DNA from: a virus
Lineage: Duplodnaviria; Caudoviricetes
Direction: 5' to 3' (one strand)
IMG/VR virus record: IMGVR_UViG_3300001580_000006
Span: 159,465 to 223,464 of that record
DNA: 64,000 bases
Part shown: positions 55,957 to 64,000 of the stretch, in pieces
Position numbering within the stretch: the first letter of the stretch is position 1
Layout: the number at the start of each line of letters is the position of its first letter
Translations under genes and position numbers: made by a program
The notes under the pieces: model-generated
The model's database searches: none
Seen by the model: the letters and a program-made list of their open reading frames with translations, nothing else
What the model was told of the DNA's origin: nothing

Positions 55957-56192
55957 TGCCGCACCTTAATGAACAGCAACAAGCTGTGTGGTCAGACATA
56001 CGTAAACTATCAAACAAACACACTGTAGATTTAAGTTACATACTTCATGTCTTAGCCGAAGTGCATACAATGTCGACTGAAGAAGCCGAAGAATACCATG
56101 ACAGAGAAGGAAAGAAACTATTTGCTGATTGTGCAGCTTGTTTACAAAAAGCGGCTGACTCAGCTTACAAAGCAGGAAGCTTATCAAATTAA
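55956..56192 (+). CDS. Hypothetical protein
   Basis: TAATG coupling with the previous gene. Confidence 0.6.
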   Translation: MPHLNEQQQAVWSDIRKLSNKHTVDLSYILHVLAEVHTMSTEEAEEYHDREGKKLFADCAACLQKAADSAYKAGSLSN

Positions 56193-56212
56193 TTCAAACG
56201 GAGGACACACTA

Positions 56213-56410
56213 ATGCCAGCAGGTGGAATGATCAAACTTGACCAGACTCTCGCAATCGTATTCGACAAGAAAGAGGGAGAGACTATCACTGGGATGGACC
56301 TTTCAAAAGGCATTTGGGCTTATATCAAAAAGAATAAGCTGCAAGTCGGTGCCGACGGTAAACCTGTCGAACCAAAACCTGAAAAAGTTAAATCTTTGAA
56401 GAAGAAGTAA
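56213..56410 (+). CDS. SWIB/MDM2-domain protein
   Basis: LAIVF...IT..DLSKGIWAYIKKNKLQ matches the SWIB hallmark W.YIK.N.LQ. Confidence 0.75.
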   Translation: MPAGGMIKLDQTLAIVFDKKEGETITGMDLSKGIWAYIKKNKLQVGADGKPVEPKPEKVKSLKKK

Positions 56411-56415
56411 GAAAG

Positions 56416-56610
56416 ATGAACGAGGCAGTGCTGAGTTGTCCGTTTTGCGCACAGGCGCCGACTATTGATTTCTGGCGAGGGGAGCACCAGGTCATTTGTC
56501 GCAATTCGGCCTGCCTCGTTAAACCATCTACCTGTCTATTTTCTACCGAGCAAGAAGCCATAGCTTCGTGGAATGACAGGGCACCAAAAGAATATGGCGA
56601 CATCGAATAG
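56416..56610 (+). CDS. Lar-family (restriction alleviation-like) Zn-finger protein
   Basis: CPFC...C...C...EAIASWN.R. Confidence 0.75.
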   Translation: MNEAVLSCPFCAQAPTIDFWRGEHQVICRNSACLVKPSTCLFSTEQEAIASWNDRAPKEYGDIE

Positions 56611-57289
56611 GAGGGATATGGAGGATAGGCAAACAGTGCTAAGCGAAGCACAGAGTTGGATGAACGACCAGCTACGGGAGTACTTTTATAAAGCAGTAGA
56701 GGCAGAAGCACTTGACAGGCTAATTGAGATGAAGCTGCTCCTTTACTACAAAGATCATCCAAAGCACAAGTTCGTATATACGATTACCTGGAGCTCAGGA
56801 CTACTGACGGCTGTTAGGCTGCTGTTTGACATAAATAGCGACGCAGAGGCCTGTAGAGATGAAAATAGAACTGCCGAAGAGAATAGAAAACTAAACAGCA
56901 TGGTCGGCTGGAGAACTTATGTTCCACCCAAACACGTTTCTGATGCTATTGATGCCGCCTTTAATAGGGAACTAAAGAACCTATCATATTTTACTGATGT
57001 TGGCTGGTCATCTATCTCTGCTAACTTAATCAAAACACTTACTACTAGTATCACTAAAGAGCTTGGCTATGGTGAGGTGCACGTAAGGCTATACTTCAAA
57101 GACACAAAGATATGCTATGAGTTACTCAGGCGTGCTAATCACATCGTGATTACTGTGGATCGGGACGAATACGTAGCAGAACTAATGGTGCATCTAGACG
57201 GGGCGTGCTCAGAGGAGGTAGCTCGGGCAGATTCGTTCGATAAATTAATGGCAAAATTGATGGTGAGCGAATGTGGAAAGCAACTATAA
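56573..57289 (+). CDS. Hypothetical protein
   Basis: Long ORF; true start probably MEDRQ. Confidence 0.6.
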   Translation: MTGHQKNMATSNRRDMEDRQTVLSEAQSWMNDQLREYFYKAVEAEALDRLIEMKLLLYYKDHPKHKFVYTITWSSGLLTAVRLLFDINSDAEACRDENRTAEENRKLNSMVGWRTYVPPKHVSDAIDAAFNRELKNLSYFTDVGWSSISANLIKTLTTSITKELGYGEVHVRLYFKDTKICYELLRRANHIVITVDRDEYVAELMVHLDGACSEEVARADSFDKLMAKLMVSECGKQL

Positions 57290-57651
57290 AAGTAGCACTA
57301 ATAGTGCTAATGTTTTGTTCGTGTGCCGCGGCTCAAGATGATAGTTTATACCTATCTCCATTAACGACAAACACTATAGATATTGGAAATTGTGGCATTA
57401 GTGCCCCGCACACCACCATAATATATCTTTCATATTTTGATTCAACAAGTACGGTGTTGGTTGTAGGAAAAACTTATTCTGATACTGTTACTGGGCCTGA
57501 ACTAAACAACTTAGTGAACTGGGCTCACAAACATTGGTGCTACAAATGTGGATGTGCAAAGATCCAACATAAGTTATGGCCAATGGTAAAAGGCGTTGGT
57601 TGGCTGTGCCCCAAACATGAAAATTGGTGGGACAATGAAAAAAGTAAATGA
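57271..57651 (+). CDS. Hypothetical exported protein
   Basis: Signal-peptide-like N-terminus. Confidence 0.55.
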   Translation: MWKATIKVALIVLMFCSCAAAQDDSLYLSPLTTNTIDIGNCGISAPHTTIIYLSYFDSTSTVLVVGKTYSDTVTGPELNNLVNWAHKHWCYKCGCAKIQHKLWPMVKGVGWLCPKHENWWDNEKSK

Positions 57652-57769
57652 AAGAATTCATCTTACCTGCAAACGCTGTGACTGGGGTTGGTATCCAAGA
57701 AAGAAGACAGAGGACATCAGAATTTGCCCGCGGTGCAAAAGCCCGTATTGGGACAGGAAGCGCAAATGA
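57635..57769 (+). CDS. Small Zn-finger protein
   Basis: CKRCDWGWYPR...CPRCKSPYWD (manual translation). Confidence 0.65.
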   Translation: MKKVNERIHLTCKRCDWGWYPRKKTEDIRICPRCKSPYWDRKRK

Positions 57770-58017
57770 TAATAACTACTGAACATGAGAAGAAAATTAA
57801 ACAAACAGAAGTGGTCGGCTACAAATGCGATTGCTGCGGAAAGGTATTCATGCATGAGATGGATTTGTATGAGTGCCAGGAGTTCTTTCACATTCGACAC
57901 ACTGGTGGGTTCGGATCCGTTTTTGGAGACGGGGATACCGTCGAATTGGACATCTGCCAAAGCTGTTTCAAACACAAACTTGGTGACTACTGCAGATATT
58001 CTGACGAAACTGCCTAA
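57766..58017 (+). CDS. Zn-binding hypothetical protein
   Basis: CDCCGK...GFGSVFGDG..VELDICQSC. Confidence 0.65.
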   Translation: MIITTEHEKKIKQTEVVGYKCDCCGKVFMHEMDLYECQEFFHIRHTGGFGSVFGDGDTVELDICQSCFKHKLGDYCRYSDETA

Positions 58018-58123
58018 GTAGCTATCTAGCTATTACTTAACAACCTATTAGCTCAACAGCAGTATATCTACTCTAGCATGCTATATACTATATAGCTATA
58101 TAGCTAGTAGCTACTAGGAAAGT

Positions 58124-58164
58124 TTGCAAGCATTTTTGGTATAGCTATGCCATTGTGGTATAAT
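58124..58164 (+). promoter_or_regulatory. Promoter TTGGTA-N17-TATAAT with extended TG
   Basis: ttgcaagcatttTTGGTAtagctatgccattgTGgTATAAT. Confidence 0.7.
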
Positions 58165-58228
58165 ATATTATACTTCCACCCAACTAAACAGGCCACGGTG
58201 GATGGCCAATAAATAAGGAGAAAGAGCT

Positions 58229-58987
58229 ATGTATCACGAAAAACTCGTGGTCGCCGTTCGCTCTGGCGGCAAATTCCTAAAGGAAGATGGAGATTGCGTC
58301 TACCTTCCGTTCAAGTCAGAGTACTCACTACGTATCAAGAACCTTGCCTCTACTAGAGCGGTTGTAAAAGTAGAAATCGATGGTCAGGATGTTCTTGACG
58401 GTCACCGGATAGTTGTATTGCCAAACTCGTATGCTGATCTGGAAAGATTCTTAGATAAAGACATGAGTCATGGGCATAGATTCAAGTTTATCGAAAGAAC
58501 CAACAAGATAAGCCGGCACCGTGGAGCTCGTATGGACGACGGATTGATTAGAATATCGTACAAGTTCGAAAAGCCGCTTGAGTTTGTCACCGTAATGAAC
58601 TACAATACCAATATCTATACGCCTGTTCCTCCGCACTACCCATATTACATAAGTTCAACTATGGGATTTGCCAATGTACGAGGCGGCAACATGAGCATCA
58701 GTTGTTTAGACAACAAAAATGTTACACTGACTTCGCATATGAGTAAATCTGATGTTGGTATAACGGTTCCAGGAAACCATTCAAGCCAGCAATTCCAGGA
58801 AGTAGTTCCGATTAATAACCTCGATGGCACAGAACACGTAATGGTTATAAAGTTGGTTGGCGAGATAGGGAGCGTTCAGGTAATGACACCTATAGCTAAA
58901 TATGATAAGGCCATATGTGCTACTTGTGGCACAAAACAGCCTTTTACTAATAAATTTTGTTCTGATTGTGGAACGAACTTGCATTAA
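58229..58987 (+). CDS. Phage hypothetical protein with C-terminal Zn ribbon
   Basis: YSLRIKN...RA.V.V.IDG.DV...LERF...FKFIERT; CATCG...FCSDCG. Confidence 0.75.
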   Translation: MYHEKLVVAVRSGGKFLKEDGDCVYLPFKSEYSLRIKNLASTRAVVKVEIDGQDVLDGHRIVVLPNSYADLERFLDKDMSHGHRFKFIERTNKISRHRGARMDDGLIRISYKFEKPLEFVTVMNYNTNIYTPVPPHYPYYISSTMGFANVRGGNMSISCLDNKNVTLTSHMSKSDVGITVPGNHSSQQFQEVVPINNLDGTEHVMVIKLVGEIGSVQVMTPIAKYDKAICATCGTKQPFTNKFCSDCGTNLH

Positions 58988-59064
58988 GGGACCGTAGCGC
59001 AACTGGCTAGAGCACCAGACTGTCTATCCGGAGGTTGCGGGTTCAAATCCCGTCGGTCCCGCCA
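58988..59064 (+). tRNA. tRNA-Asp(GTC)
   Basis: Cloverleaf, CT GTC TA loop, encoded CCA. Confidence 0.93.
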
Positions 59065-59140
59065 GCCGGAGTAGCTCAGTTGGTAGAGCGGCAGCCTGAA
59101 GAGCTGCGCGTCAGCGGTTCAAGTCCGTTCTCCGGCACCA
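59065..59140 (+). tRNA. tRNA-Phe(GAA)
   Basis: Cloverleaf, GCAGC-CT GAA GA-GCTGC; abuts tRNA-Asp with no spacer. Confidence 0.95.
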
Positions 59141-59278
59141 TAAACAAGCAGAATGAAGCGCTGCACAAAAGCTTCAGAAAGAAAGAGGACTACCTATGCT
59201 GTAGGTTAAGAAGCCGCCATAATTTCGATTGTCAGATTATAACTAAGTCAATCAATAATCAAAACAAGGACAATCGAA

Positions 59279-59641
59279 ATGGAACAGAAAACTTTACTCG
59301 ATCTCCAAGCGTTCCTAAAAGAGAGCGCAAACACGTTACACGATTTGCATAGACGCAGGAAGGATTGCAGGCTAAAGCCTGGCGAGAGCAAGGCAAGCAA
59401 CTTCGAAATCTGGAAAACAAGTTACGAGCACAGACACCACTTTATCGCTTACTGCGAAATGCGCGGCCGGACCAGAGACCAGATCGAAAAGCCAAGAGAA
59501 AACAACCTTCCCTACGAAAGTAAAATCGCTAAAATAAAGGAGCAATATGGAAAAGCTCTACGTGTTGACGAGACAGGATCTCCCGATAGCATACTCGGCG
59601 GTGCAAGCGGGGCACGCAGTAGCTCAGTGGCTGCTGAATAA
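59279..59641 (+). CDS. Phage hypothetical protein
   Basis: RHHFIAYCEMRGRT..QIEKP. Confidence 0.7.
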   Translation: MEQKTLLDLQAFLKESANTLHDLHRRRKDCRLKPGESKASNFEIWKTSYEHRHHFIAYCEMRGRTRDQIEKPRENNLPYESKIAKIKEQYGKALRVDETGSPDSILGGASGARSSSVAAE

Positions 59642-59843
59642 CAAAGATCAAACATGGAATAACCATACACTGGTATACCTTTAGGTTGCAGACGAAAAGT
59701 CTCTGCTAGAGTGGTCAGAAAAACTAAATGCCAGGTTTATACCATGGACCGGCTTTCGTGAACCAGACATAAATAACCAACTAACTGCGATAGCCTGTCA
59801 GGCGTCAAAAAATCTATTCAAGAATTTAGCTCTTTTAAAATAA
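59547..59843 (+). CDS. Peptidyl-tRNA hydrolase 2 (PTH2)-like protein with in-frame TAG at codon 46 (59682-59684)
   Basis: MEKLYVLTRQDL...AVQAGHAVAQW...TLVYL*VADEKSL...FREPDINNQLTAIA...LFKNLALL; AAGGAG RBS; family motifs on both sides of the TAG. Confidence 0.85.
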
Positions 59844-59845
59844 TT

Positions 59846-59919
59846 GTCTCTGTGGCAGATCGATCATGCAGCAGTCTCTAAAACTGCGCAGCCGGGTTCG
59901 ATTCCCGGCAGAGACGCCA
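59846..59919 (+). tRNA. Amber suppressor tRNA (anticodon CTA)
   Basis: Acceptor GTCTCTG/CAGAGAC-G-CCA; anticodon arm GCAGT-CT CTA AA-ACTGC; T-arm CCGGG-TTCGATT-CCCGG. Confidence 0.92.
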
Positions 59920-60046
59920 AGTGGCACGTTGCTATACGCCGTGCAAGTGGCTCACGCCCGGCTTCCCCGGGCCTGTCCAATAGGATAAGATATTGAGCCA
60001 CTTAGATTACTTGCCAGAGAGGTAAAACTCCGCGGCTTTTGAATAT

Positions 60047-60124
60047 GGGGGTGTAGCTCAGTTTTGGTAGAGTGCCTGCCCTGCAAGCAGGATGTCACCG
60101 GTTCGATTCCGGTCACTTCCACCA
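60047..60124 (+). tRNA. tRNA-Ala(TGC)
   Basis: G3:U70, CCTGC-CC TGC AA-GCAGG. Confidence 0.93.
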
Positions 60125-60134
60125 GAAAAACAAT

Positions 60135-60210
60135 TCCGGGTTAGCTCAGTTGGTAGAGCGTCTGCCTGTTAAGTAGAATGTCCTAGGTTCAAGTCCTAGA
60201 CCCGGAGCCA
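60135..60210 (+). tRNA. tRNA-Asn(GTT)
   Basis: TCTGC-CT GTT AA-GTAGA, encoded CCA. Confidence 0.95.
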
Positions 60211-60228
60211 AATAAATGTGGAGATGGT

Positions 60229-60573
60229 ATGAAGAGAATTTTCATTACGATTGTGGCTGTGATAGCCACGACTGCCTTTGCGCAACAGGTGTACATAGTT
60301 AAAGATCCGCCAACTAGCAAGTCTATTCGTCTAACTGTCCAAGACAGCCTAGGGCGAGCTACCGACGGCGGAGAGTTCATTAACGTAGTAGAGCACAACA
60401 AAGTCGTCAGAATAGCAATGATGTATGAACAGCTTCTTGCCAAACACGCCGCAGAAGCGCTAAGTGCAACTAACCCAGAACTAGCTAAAGCCATAGTAGA
60501 GCTGGTCAAAGCGCAAGCAGATACTACTAAGAAGACTGAACCAAAAGCTACTGTAAAAAAGAAGAAAAAATAA
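60229..60573 (+). CDS. Exported hypothetical protein with Lys-rich tail
   Basis: Signal peptide ...TAFA-Q. Confidence 0.65.
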   Translation: MKRIFITIVAVIATTAFAQQVYIVKDPPTSKSIRLTVQDSLGRATDGGEFINVVEHNKVVRIAMMYEQLLAKHAAEALSATNPELAKAIVELVKAQADTTKKTEPKATVKKKKK

Positions 60574-60574
60574 A

Positions 60575-60943
60575 ATGCAGTCGTTGCCACAACGACATAT
60601 TAGCTACATCTTTGGTATAGACAACGGCTCTCAGCTAACAGTGGAAATAAACGGCCAGCCGACAGACTGCGTAGTATCAGTTTACTATAAGTACGTAGGC
60701 AGCGTATTACGTGGGTCTATGCAACTAGCTGAGATCTGTAATTTAGAAGATATCTACAAATTGATCAAGGATAACTCCAAAAACCTAGTAGACTTTAGCT
60801 TCACTGGCGCTGACGGCACATCGAGTTATAGGCTTAATGGGGTATCATTTGTAGGTGAGGAGAAAAGAGCGAATCTTCATAGATCACAGATAGCCACCCG
60901 TGTACTATTTACAGCCAAAGAGCTAATACCGAAAAAAGCTTGA
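60575..60943 (+). CDS. Hypothetical protein
   Basis: ORF in the gene string. Confidence 0.55.
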   Translation: MQSLPQRHISYIFGIDNGSQLTVEINGQPTDCVVSVYYKYVGSVLRGSMQLAEICNLEDIYKLIKDNSKNLVDFSFTGADGTSSYRLNGVSFVGEEKRANLHRSQIATRVLFTAKELIPKKA

Positions 60944-61137
60944 TGAAAGAAGATACAGAGTGCCCAACGTGTCATTTCAAGGATTGCTTCATAGTGCTCA
61001 ACGTATCTGATAAAGTAAGGTTGTTTTGTGTACACTGCTACGAAGAATTCCTTGTTGACAAAAATAAGTGGGAGTAGGTGGTTAGGCAGTTGCCTGCAAG
61101 GTAACTTTACGTGGGCCCGACTCCGCCCGCCCCATCG

Positions 61138-61232
61138 GGAGAGTTGGCAGAAATGGACAATTGCACCGGTCTTGAAAACCGGCAGTCGTTCGAAAGGGCG
61201 ACTTGAGGGTTCGAATCCTTCACTCTCCGCCA
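61138..61232 (+). tRNA. tRNA-Ser(TGA)
   Basis: CCGGT-CT TGA AA-ACCGG, long variable arm, G73, CCA. Confidence 0.95.
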
Positions 61233-61251
61233 ATTAATAAGATTATATAGC

Positions 61252-61788
61252 ATGCCTAAAGACGGAAAAATCGGAGAATACCTGCTAGTCCAGACCAGCG
61301 ACGGGAGAATGGTAGTCCTCACGTCTGGCAAAGTAATAAAATCGCTTAACGCTGATCTGCTAGACGGTAAGCACTCTGGTGAGTTCGCCAATGCTTCGCT
61401 AGAGCAAGAGCTTGAGGGGTTGAGGTCTCAAGTCGGCAACCTTACATTTATTGGTCTAACAGATGTTCCTGATTCCTACGCTGGGTCAGCTGGAAAAATA
61501 CTAGTTGTTAAGTCTACGGAAAACGGCATTGAGTTTGTAACTCTACCAGATATTACTGCTACAATAAAGGAAATACCTACTGGATTAATAAATGGGGTCA
61601 ACACGGTATATATACTATCACACGCATACTTATCTGGGACAGTTCGGGTGTGGCTTAATGGACTTAAGCTACAAGTGGGGGAGGACTATGAGGAGGATCC
61701 AGGCAACCAATCATTTATAATGGCATACCCACCAAGCAACACTGGGTTTACCGATTTGCTAGAGGTGGAGTACAACATAGACCTCTAA
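61252..61788 (+). CDS. Virion structural / tail-fibre-associated protein
   Basis: LNADLLDG, F.GLTDVP.SY.G.AGK.LVV, C-terminal E.P.G..NG.N..Y.L...LNG..Q...DY domain. Confidence 0.75.
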   Translation: MPKDGKIGEYLLVQTSDGRMVVLTSGKVIKSLNADLLDGKHSGEFANASLEQELEGLRSQVGNLTFIGLTDVPDSYAGSAGKILVVKSTENGIEFVTLPDITATIKEIPTGLINGVNTVYILSHAYLSGTVRVWLNGLKLQVGEDYEEDPGNQSFIMAYPPSNTGFTDLLEVEYNIDL

Positions 61789-61804
61789 CCCAAAGGAGAA
61801 ACAA

Positions 61805-62899
61805 ATGGCAGTAACTAAAATTCGGTCAAGTGCTCAATTTTTTGTGGATGCTGATTTAGCTGTCGGCTCACATAAAATTACTGGAGTAACAGACCCAACA
61901 GCAGCGCAAGACGCAGCCACCAAAGCCTACGTAGATAGTAAAGTACAAGGCGTAGAGTGGCAAGATTCTGTATTAGATAAAGATTTGCTAACGCCTCCAG
62001 GCTCGCCAGCTACTGGTGCTCGTTATATTATTAATGGGACTGGCACAGACGCCTGGGCTACTCATGACTATGCCATCGCCGAGTGGTCTGGTACAGCCTG
62101 GTTATATACTGCCGCTCGTGAAGGGCTAGCCACCTGGGTCGAGGACGAGAATATTATATACGTCTGCAATGGTTCTCTTGCCTGGGTAAAGATGACCTCA
62201 GTGTACTCACACAACGACTTAGCTAGTATACAAGGCGGGGCGGCTAATGACTACTACCACCTAACGTCTGCGCAGCATACTGACCTAACAGATGGGAATA
62301 ACTGCACAAGTCACGTTCATACCACCTATCTTCTTCTAACTGGTGGTACGATGTCTGGTGATATTACCATGGGCGAAGATGGTCATATTGGGCTAACAGG
62401 GGCGATGATTCACTTCAATGGTGGTGGAACCGCTATTGAAATTAGTAATAATGTTACAATGGCCGAGGATGCTACCCTAGGGTTATCTGGTGCGACGCTT
62501 ACTTTTAATGGTAGTGCTACATCTATCGATATAAGTAATAAGCTGTCTGTAACAAACCAGATTACCTCTACACTAGCAAACGGAACAATGCCATTTGTGT
62601 TAACATCTAGCACAATGAGCACAAACCTAAACGCCGACCTGTTAGACGGTAATCACGCTACAGCCTTCTTCTTAACCACTGGACTTGTTGTCAGAGAGAC
62701 TCCATCTGGAACAAAGAATGGTTCCAACCCTACCTTTACTCTTGCCAACACTCCTACAGCAGGGACAGAGCAGCTATATCTAAATGGTATACTACAGAAC
62801 GCCGGCGCAACTGAAGACTATACTATTACTACAAATACCATTACTATGGCAACACCTCCGGTAGCAACAGACGTATTGCTTTGCACTTATTGGAAGTAA
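61805..62899 (+). CDS. Virion structural / tail-fibre protein (DUF2793-like segment)
   Basis: DPTAAQDAATKAYVD, PPGSPATGARYII...W..HD.AIAEW, NLNADLLDG, ETPSG..NG.N..FTL...LYLNG..Q...DYT. Confidence 0.8.
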   Translation: MAVTKIRSSAQFFVDADLAVGSHKITGVTDPTAAQDAATKAYVDSKVQGVEWQDSVLDKDLLTPPGSPATGARYIINGTGTDAWATHDYAIAEWSGTAWLYTAAREGLATWVEDENIIYVCNGSLAWVKMTSVYSHNDLASIQGGAANDYYHLTSAQHTDLTDGNNCTSHVHTTYLLLTGGTMSGDITMGEDGHIGLTGAMIHFNGGGTAIEISNNVTMAEDATLGLSGATLTFNGSATSIDISNKLSVTNQITSTLANGTMPFVLTSSTMSTNLNADLLDGNHATAFFLTTGLVVRETPSGTKNGSNPTFTLANTPTAGTEQLYLNGILQNAGATEDYTITTNTITMATPPVATDVLLCTYWK

Positions 62900-62902
62900 T
62901 TT

Positions 62903-64000
62903 ATGGCGATAACTAGACCAAGAGCAGACCAAATAGGAAGCGGAAACGTTTCTAATACAGAGTACGAATTTGTTGACTCTATGGACCAACATGTTGCTTC
63001 TAGCTCTGAGGTAGACTTTGCTTCTATTACAATAAATGCTGCAAAGGCCAATAAAGACTCTGTTATATCTGGTGTTAATGATGACTACCTTGTATCTATA
63101 GACGCTAGCGCTGATAGGGTAGGCTTTGGTGTTGCAGCCCCGCAGGCTAAGGTTGACATCTACCACGCTATAACAGCCGATGCAGCCGCTGTCTATGACA
63201 CAGTTTTGCAGTCGTCTGTAAACACCAACTCTATTAATGCTGGGACTGCCAATAACTATGGTTTTACAGGACAAGCATATGGTGGTTCTGATGGTGCTGG
63301 TTCTTCTACAATAAACATTGGTGGTAACTTTAACGCCTTTGGTGCAGTAGGAACAAATAGTGGCGTAGTTTCAAATAGAGCAATTCAGTGTTGGGCTGCT
63401 AATGGAGACACAAACTATGCTATATATGTATCTGCTGGGGATATTTACTCTGAGGCTGGAAATTTAAGTTTAGTGTCTGGTGGTATTAATGTAAGTACAT
63501 CAGTAGTAGCTGGAACATACTTAAGCGCTCCAGATATAAACTCTGTAGGCAGTACTAACTTAAAATTCAACATTGGTGGATACCCTGATGAAACCTGGGC
63601 GTATACAGACGCTATAAACCACAACGAAGAGGTTCTTTGGACTCGTAGGACATGGAAAGGTAATGCTATACTTCCAAAGGGAGCCGTTACCGATACATTC
63701 TATGGACAGTACAAGAATGATGATAGTGTCTTTTACGGCTACACCCCTTATCTAAATGACCCTAGTTATTATAGTGGAGTATATGATGGCGGTTGGTTAG
63801 CAGTGCCGGCCATCCACAATGGGCTTATGTTCTCTGATGAAACTGAGTTTGCAAACAACTGGGTTAAGATAGACGGAACTAATGGAAACGTACTAATAGA
63901 GACAGACAACACATTCCTATTAGTTCCTCGTTATAAGCTAGACATCAATGGTATCCTACGATTACAGGGAACCAACGCAATAGCTTTCGGTGGGGATACA
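62903..64000 (+). CDS. Tail-fibre-like protein (runs off the window edge)
   Basis: MAITRPRADQIG...DRVGFGVAAPQAKVDI...PRYKLDINGILR; no stop before base 64000. Confidence 0.75.
   Translation, partial: MAITRPRADQIGSGNVSNTEYEFVDSMDQHVASSSEVDFASITINAAKANKDSVISGVNDDYLVSIDASADRVGFGVAAPQAKVDIYHAITADAAAVYDTVLQSSVNTNSINAGTANNYGFTGQAYGGSDGAGSSTINIGGNFNAFGAVGTNSGVVSNRAIQCWAANGDTNYAIYVSAGDIYSEAGNLSLVSGGINVSTSVVAGTYLSAPDINSVGSTNLKFNIGGYPDETWAYTDAINHNEEVLWTRRTWKGNAILPKGAVTDTFYGQYKNDDSVFYGYTPYLNDPSYYSGVYDGGWLAVPAIHNGLMFSDETEFANNWVKIDGTNGNVLIETDNTFLLVPRYKLDINGILRLQGTNAIAFGGDT

Noticed and set aside
59035-59352. ORFs overlapping tRNA genes (also 60877..61233 and 61028..61237)
   Set aside because: These are translations of tRNA sequence.
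61138-61232. Selenocysteine or opal-suppressor tRNA
   Set aside because: The anticodon is TGA (reads UCA, Ser), not TCA.
1-64000. Genome-wide TAG reassignment (genetic code 15)
   Set aside because: Long conserved genes are intact under code 11 and many end properly at TAG. Only the PTH2-like gene showed an internal TAG.
1-64000. CRISPR array, rRNA, integrase or transposase
   Set aside because: No regularly spaced repeats or recognisable motifs were seen by eye.

Overview
This window is most likely part of a large (jumbo-type) bacteriophage genome. It has dense, mostly short ORFs on the minus strand from 1 to about 53.2 kb and a strand switch at about 53.3-53.5 kb. Plus-strand small ORFs, a tRNA cluster and the first virion/tail-fibre genes follow. 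Recognisable modules are: (i) a ubiquitin-like operon (radical SAM, JAB protease, ThiF/E1, six tandem paralogues with an invariant His and GCxxMP Cys that look like degenerate JAB/MPN folds, and a Ubl ending GG-R), with no recognisable E2; (ii) NAD/ADP-ribose genes (PncB, HD + nucleotidyltransferase, NadE, Nudix, macrodomain, NADAR); (iii) tRNA/translation repair genes (RtcB, CCA enzyme, Thg1, cyclic-phosphate receiver domain, MBL hydrolase, tmRNA, seven tRNAs); (iv) a kinase/PP2C pair; (v) an ABC transporter with an OmpA-fused binding protein; (vi) a LigD-like phosphoesterase-ligase; (vii) a single-subunit two-barrel RNA polymerase (DFDQD motif) and RNase H; (viii) an isonitrile-synthase-like gene. 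The most striking sequence-level observation is an amber-suppressor tRNA (CUA) that starts 2 nt after a PTH2-like gene carrying an in-frame TAG, while TAG is an ordinary stop elsewhere in the window. Several structured non-coding segments are also present. All calls come from motif recognition by eye; no searches were run.
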